This document shows positions 62,744 to 64,000 of a DNA stretch of 64,000 bases, piece after piece. Positions within the stretch are counted from its first letter, which is position 1; each line of letters starts with the position of its first letter. The notes under the pieces are model-generated. The model saw only the letters and a list, made by a program, of their open reading frames with translations, ran no database searches and was not told the origin of the DNA. Position numbers and translations under genes: made by a program. Source of the stretch: a bacterium. Its GTDB lineage: Bacteria; Bacillota; Clostridia; Lachnospirales; Lachnospiraceae. The stretch lies in NCBI GenBank assembly GCA_030535455.1, contig JAUNJY010000013.1, forward strand, positions 2,646 through 66,645. Direction: 5' to 3'.

Positions 62744-64000
62744 TTAGGAAATACGGACTGAATATGCAGTCATATTGCCTCCATCTGCAACAAGATAATA
62801 CTTCCCTTCTGTAAGATCAGTAAATGTATAAGACTTGATCTCATTTCCAATTGCTACAGACTGTACAACCTCACCAAGTTCATTTACAAGCTGAAGATTT
62901 CCTGAAGTTGATGTGTTGGACGCATAAACAGTTACTGTCCTTTGTTCCTTGGCAGCTGTAAACTGAATATTTCTTGTGGTAACGCTTCCTGCACCATTAA
63001 AACGCAACTTACTTGTAAACTGGCTACCATCAGCTGCTTTATATACTCCCATGGTAACTTCCATGGTCTTCTTTGCTGTGGCGTTTAATATAAAACCGTC
63101 CTCTGAAGCAGACTTTACTAACTTTCCTGGCGTAAAAGAGTCAAAAAGCAAAGTAGATGACACTATTCCCTCATCTGGTTTCTGTTCCTCATCCGGTTCT
63201 GGCGTTTCTTCTGTATCTCCTGTCTCGGGTTCCTTTACAATGGATTGATATCCATATTCTGTCGTATTATCAAAGCAAGCGGTTAGTTGGACTTTCCAAA
63301 TTGGAAGATACGTAAAGTTCTCTATGTACTGTGTAAATACTGCATTATTGCTAACTCCCGAAACGTAAAGGCTTACATCGGACACTTCACTGTAATCGCT
63401 AGAAAACATATTGTCCGTAAATGTTACATTCGAGATATTTGATAGACTTACGTCATAGGACATAATGGCCCTTTTCGGTGTTACGATTAGGTTTTTTTCA
63501 AAATGAGCGTTTTTTGTTTTACTAAAGCGAATTGCTGAATTACTGGCATTGTTTGTGTAAAATGTGTTATTTGTTACTACTGCCTGCTGTACGATGCCTG
63601 ACTTACTAGAATATCCACCTATATCAAAAGCACTATATCTAGTACCATATACCACATTATTATGTACGATGATTTCCGTAACCGGATAGCCTTTGTCTGC
63701 TTCCTCGCAGCCAATGCCAATGCCTACCTGACAATTCGTTACTATATTGTCTTGTATTGTAACATTGCTTCCTCCATCACAATAAATGCCTGCTGCACTG
63801 AGGCAGTTTGGCGAAACACACTGATCAATTATATTCTCTGCAATCAGTACATTCTTTGCCTGGTCATGGGCAGGATCCTTATAAACTCCATAATGCCCCG
63901 CAATGTCAATTCCAATGTTTCCAATATTCCTAATGGTATTTCCTTTAATGACAGCGCCATCTACATATCCATTGAGCACGACTGCTTCACTCCATCCGGT
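62744..64000 (-). CDS. Right-handed parallel beta-helix (pectin lyase-like) protein, partial, runs off the right edge
   Basis: GNTIRNIGNIGID, AAGIYCDGG, HNNVVY repeats; acidic Pro linker; C-terminal beta domain; frame open to 64000. Confidence 0.75.
   Translation of the reverse strand, partial: TGWSEAVVLNGYVDGAVIKGNTIRNIGNIGIDIAGHYGVYKDPAHDQAKNVLIAENIIDQCVSPNCLSAAGIYCDGGSNVTIQDNIVTNCQVGIGIGCEEADKGYPVTEIIVHNNVVYGTRYSAFDIGGYSSKSGIVQQAVVTNNTFYTNNASNSAIRFSKTKNAHFEKNLIVTPKRAIMSYDVSLSNISNVTFTDNMFSSDYSEVSDVSLYVSGVSNNAVFTQYIENFTYLPIWKVQLTACFDNTTEYGYQSIVKEPETGDTEETPEPDEEQKPDEGIVSSTLLFDSFTPGKLVKSASEDGFILNATAKKTMEVTMGVYKAADGSQFTSKLRFNGAGSVTTRNIQFTAAKEQRTVTVYASNTSTSGNLQLVNELGEVVQSVAIGNEIKSYTFTDLTEGKYYLVADGGNMTAYSVRIS

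Overview
Low-GC Firmicute chromosomal window, probably Lachnospiraceae-like (an inference from gene content). Most genes lie on the minus strand. Core genes include a PPi-type pfk, an F1Fo ATP synthase operon, topB, glyA, asnB, ptsHI, ttcA with a cysteine desulfurase, a GtrA/GtrB/YfhO glycosylation trio and the IscU-like/GGGtGRT pair. The most striking feature is that the 3' end of the GGGtGRT gene occurs four times (32023, 37438, 39650, 41026) in two alternating sequence versions. The copies bracket three integrase-less cargo blocks, each with its own terminator, and two copies share a putative arm-type motif at nearly the same spacing. This looks like a tandem accretion array of site-specifically integrated cassettes. 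Other notable items: a c-di-GMP-I riboswitch ahead of a 1.8-kaa M60-type glycopeptidase; an unannotated Trp-containing leader peptide and attenuator ahead of an SNF transporter; a 235-bp IS1182-like MITE that duplicated a 26-bp terminator, with related modular palindromic repeats elsewhere; an acyl-ligase/ACP/PlsC fusion next to a secreted lysophospholipase; and a gene split by one in-frame TGA. No CRISPR array, rRNA, tRNA, transposase or integrase was recognised. All calls come from reading the sequence; no database searches were run.
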